Shown here: piece after piece, positions 60,204 to 64,000 of the stretch
Position numbering within the stretch: the first letter of the stretch is position 1
Layout: every line of letters begins with the position of its first letter
Assembly: GCF_033153115.1 (NCBI RefSeq)
Contig: NW_026889757.1
Span: 5,394,001-5,458,000, forward strand
Direction: 5' to 3'
DNA: 64,000 bases
Source: Saccostrea echinata
Lineage: Eukaryota
Program-made: the position numbers and the translations under genes
Notes under the pieces: generated by a model
The model's database searches: none
What the model was told of the DNA's origin: nothing
Seen by the model: only the letters and a program-made list of their open reading frames with translations

Positions 60204-62007
60204 GAAATTTTATGTTAAAACTGAATCACCTAACATGGCAATGATTATAACGTTGAAGAATTATCATACACATGTCTCGCTTTTTCACTCTCTTTTACTC
60301 GATCGATAGATGTATAAATATCTTTTACGTATTTTCATTAAAAACATAAGTTTTCAACATTATTTTGAACTGAAAATGTTTAATGACGATTCTATTCAAT
60401 AAATAGACTTCAAGGGATATATTTTTTCATAATCTAATGTAACATACGAGTAGTATTCCCAAGGGCATTATTTCCTGAATTAAGAGTTTAAAAAGACAAT
60501 CTCCCACTAGAGCGCGCGCTATGCAAACTTTACTTGCACCTCTTTTATCGTCTAAATAGCAAAAGTCCTGTAAAAAGTGTGAAAAGTATAGTTTTAATTT
60601 AGATTTTATTTTCATGATAAATATAAAGATAATTATGTTTTATGCTTTCTGCATCAACTTTATAGTTTCCTTCATCTTGAAAAAATACACTAAAATATCA
60701 ATTTACTGTTTATGGAACTATTTTGCGCCTTCTATTTGTGATGCAGGGGCTACTTTTGAGACGATAACAGATGTGTTTTCCCTCTGTCATAGTACCGATA
60801 GACAAGAAAAAAAGTTACAAATTATTAAATATCAAAATCATATATCTCTAAATACAGGGTGTTTCACCAAATATGTACTTAATTTGCTTGTCTATATTTT
60901 TTCGCCCAGTGATAAAATATTTACAAAACAACAACTGTATACATGTATTACAGTATTTTTTTTTGGGGCAATATATATATTATGATATAAACACAGTATA
61001 CAAAATTACGTAAGATTTTTAAAAAAAAGTTTTGATTACACCGTAAAACGTCAGGTACTGAGTTTTTTTTTTAAATGGATGATAGAAGGTACCTTTATAT
61101 GTCAATGTTTTAAAAAAGCATATCTTAAAAATAAAAATTTTAATAATCTAGCTTTGCTTAAAATTTCATACTGAAAAAATTGTACGGTTGTGTTCTTACA
61201 TTTTTGCAAAATTTCCTAACATTTAGTCGGGACGTGTTTGCTGAAATACCCTATATTAAAAAAAATGCAGTCTAAGAATACAAAACTCTAGGCACTCATG
61301 CACAACACACTATCCTCAACAGTGTTTATGACGTTGGATGACAAAATACTGTTTAGTTCGACATTGTTTATTATTGGAAAAATGTCTAAAAATCTTTCAT
61401 ATTGCTGGCCATTACATACAAAATGTGGACTGCTTTGAATAATGATTTTAAGGTTTTTCCCCCTGACGAAGCAAAGGTTCGAAATAAATTATCATACTAA
61501 GGCATGCACAGTTTTAGTTTTATTCCTGTTGATGAGTCAGACGCAGAAGGATTGTTTAAGGCCTCAATTGTATCGAGTTTATATTTGTTCGTGTACATTG
61601 ACTGCTTATTTCTTTACATGAATTAGACAATCATTGATATCATTTTTATGAAAATACAATGTTACTTTTGAGATTACATTTACAAGCTTATTTTAAGAAA
61701 CAAGCTGCAATTAAAATATAAATATACAAGTATAATGAATAAAATAAATGCAACACTAGCCCTATATCATATCACTTACTTTCTTATCCTCGCCGTGCCC
61801 CGGAGGACGCATGAGGTCGTTCAACAAAGAACGCCTCTTACGGCGGTCGCTGGCAACAACCTGGCCCTCCTTCCACCTGCTCCAACCCAGTTCTCTTTCT
61901 CTCTCAACAGAGCGTCACCAAATGTTCTTTGGCCGTCCTCTTCTTCTCTTTCCCTCAGGGGCCCATGTGAGAGCTGTCATATAATTTCCTGATTATGTCC
62001 ACATATA

Positions 62008-63357
62008 CAGTATTGTGCCATTAGTGATCGTCCAAAGTCGCGTGCATTGCGTATTTTTTATGTTTTAGCACAACTTTATCTGCATACTATAAATAAACAA
62101 AGGTACTGTTGTCGGTGAAAATGACGCTATTTTAAGAATGTCCTCATGACTATCACGTGACAAATTTACACGTCACAAATTCTCGTCTGCTGGGTATATT
62201 GTCAATGTAAACAATATGGCTTCTGCTCGGAAAGAGTTAAGTAAAGATGTCAAAGAAGTGGTTGTTTCTTTGTATCAAACGGGACTGAAACAGCAAGAAA
62301 TATCTCGTAGATTGGGAATACCCCGAACAACAATAACATCGGTGATAGATCGTTTTCGGAAGCGAGGTTATATAGAAAATATACCAAGAAAAGGGAGACA
62401 AGCAAAACTGGATGACAGAGATGCACGACAGCTTTTGCGGTCAGTAAAAGAAAACAGAAAACGAAGTTTGTCCGATATCACTGCCATATTTAACCAACAT
62501 AGAGCTTCTACTGTTTCAAAACGAACTGTGCAGAGAACTTTATATAAGCAGGGATATTTTAGGAGAATAGTAAGAAAACGAATCAGAATTCGTGAAGTCA
62601 ATCGTAAAGCTCGGCTTTCTTGGTGCAGAGGCAACCGTTACAAAACTGTCGACAATTACTGGCAGAGAGTAATATTCAGTGATGAATGTAAAGTAGACAT
62701 TGGATCTGATAGTCGCGTATTTATCTGGAGAAAGGTCGGCGAGGACTGGCTACCCTGTTGTTTATCGCAGCCTCCAACGCCTAAGTTCAGTTTGATGGTA
62801 TGGGGATGTGTAACCTTTAATGGTGTAGGCACACTAACTGTCGTAGATGGCAATATAAATGCCCAAAAATATATTGATATCATTGATGAACACTTGTGGC
62901 CGGTTATTGTGCGTCATTTTCCTCAGAATAATTGCATCTTCCAAGACGATAATGCACCCATACATAGAGCCCGTTTAGTGCAAGAATTCAAGGTACAAAA
63001 TAATATTCACTCTATGTTTTGGCCAGCTCAGAGTCCCGATTTAAACATTATAGAGAACGTATGGCTCAGAATCAAAAGAGAACTGAAAAATGGCGACAGA
63101 ATTATCACCTCCAAAAATGAACTGGAGACAGCCATTAGACGAGTGTGGACAAATATCCCGGTTGACTACATTCAGAGTCTTTACAAGTCGATCCCCCGAA
63201 GAATACAAAGACTATTACGATCAAAAGGCTACATAACAAAATACTAAGGTAAGAAAATGAATTATTTATTTTTTTATTTCAAGTTTTCCTAACCAGTCGA
63301 GTTGCGCAATAGCGGCGGCCATTTTGAATTTGGACGATCACTAATGGCACAATACTG
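62008..63357 (+). mobile_element. Full-length Tc1 transposon, 1350 bp
   Basis: Perfect 29-bp TIRs CAGTATTGTGCCATTAGTGATCGTCCAAA; TA target duplication on both sides. Confidence 0.97.
62216..63247 (+). CDS. Tc1 transposase (DD34E), 343 aa, intact
   Basis: Paired-like HTH; GR linker; motifs FSDE, FQDDNAP and WPAQSPDLNIIENVW, with 34 residues between D and E. Confidence 0.96.
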   Translation: MASARKELSKDVKEVVVSLYQTGLKQQEISRRLGIPRTTITSVIDRFRKRGYIENIPRKGRQAKLDDRDARQLLRSVKENRKRSLSDITAIFNQHRASTVSKRTVQRTLYKQGYFRRIVRKRIRIREVNRKARLSWCRGNRYKTVDNYWQRVIFSDECKVDIGSDSRVFIWRKVGEDWLPCCLSQPPTPKFSLMVWGCVTFNGVGTLTVVDGNINAQKYIDIIDEHLWPVIVRHFPQNNCIFQDDNAPIHRARLVQEFKVQNNIHSMFWPAQSPDLNIIENVWLRIKRELKNGDRIITSKNELETAIRRVWTNIPVDYIQSLYKSIPRRIQRLLRSKGYITKY

Positions 63358-63638
63358 TATTTCAGGAATCCCATACTGCCTTAGTGTGTCCCACAGTTTC
63401 TTATTATGCTGTCAAAGGCTCTTTTAAAGTCTATATGAAGTTTATGTACAGTGGTGCTTGCTACTATATAGATTGTTCTAATATATTTCTTAGTATGTAA
63501 ATCTGTTTCATTGCTCCTATTCCTTTTCGATATGCAGCTTGCTCTGGTCTTAGGCTGTCTTCTATTCCATCTCTAATTCTGTCAATCACTATTCTGCAGA
63601 ACACTTTAGATGGCACTGATAGTAGTGATATTCCTCAA

Positions 63639-64000
63639 CAGGCCTCTAAGTGGCCTCTAAAATTTAAGCGCCAGCTGGCGCCTTATCAAAAAAATTTAGT
63701 CGTCAATGCAAATTTTTAGTCGCCAGGCAATTTTTCTAAGTTGCCAACTTTAAAAGTTAATGGAATATATGGACCCATGACGTGCCTAAGAAAACATGAC
63801 ATGTCCATTGCTAAAAATAATTTCCTCTTCTTTTAAAATTCCTTTCCCTATTTCAGAAAAATTGTTAAAAATGTGAAAATTTCCGGAATTCGAGGATCAG
63901 CAAGTCAATTTAAATGGTCGCCAATTTGGCGACTTATGGAAGATTTTTAGGCGCCAATCAAAACTTTTAGGCGCCATGGCAACTAAATTAGTCGCCAATT
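63639..64000. mobile_element. Probable hAT-like non-autonomous element, runs off the window
   Basis: CAGG start; repeated subterminal motifs (A)GTCGCCA / GGCGCCA. Confidence 0.4.

Larger units (their letters stand above)
61775..63636 (-). pseudogene. RTE-clade LINE fragment (RT N-terminal part + 3' end), internally deleted and split by Tc1
   Basis: The minus strand reads RGISLLSVPSKVFCRI..EQAAYRKG..DFKRAFDS..YGIPEI [Tc1] YVDIIRKLYD, then GKRRRGRPK..W..SVERE..LGW. Confidence 0.8.

Overview
AT-rich animal genomic DNA. The repeat families resemble those of oysters/bivalves (inference), and there are two assembly gaps. The ORF track is mostly noise because the real genes are spliced; I reconstructed them by hand from GT-AG sites with consistent reading frame. 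(1) 1-7207: a ~7 kb IS3EU-like DNA transposon whose left end lies outside the window. It is bounded by inverted arrays of a 21-bp repeat and carries two intact convergent genes, a SAM-HTH-DDE transposase and a 5-exon SAM/UBZ-like/HECT E3 ligase. (2) 26642-31675: a 5-exon, 285-aa leaderless gene whose core matches the IL-1-family beta-trefoil motif by motif. It appears to share an intron position/phase with vertebrate IL1B and has an AU-rich 3'UTR, making it a candidate invertebrate IL-1-like cytokine. (3) 49472-55929: a Gfi1/senseless gene (SNAG + 6 C2H2 fingers). (4) 62008-63357: an intact Tc1 (DD34E) nested in an RTE LINE fragment. The rest is Penelope-like fragments with hammerhead ribozyme remnants, SINEs, satellite-carrying Helentron-type elements (HINEs), MITEs, a decayed mariner, a candidate solo LTR, and a set of hairpin elements that carry an internal inverted copy of their own circle junction.
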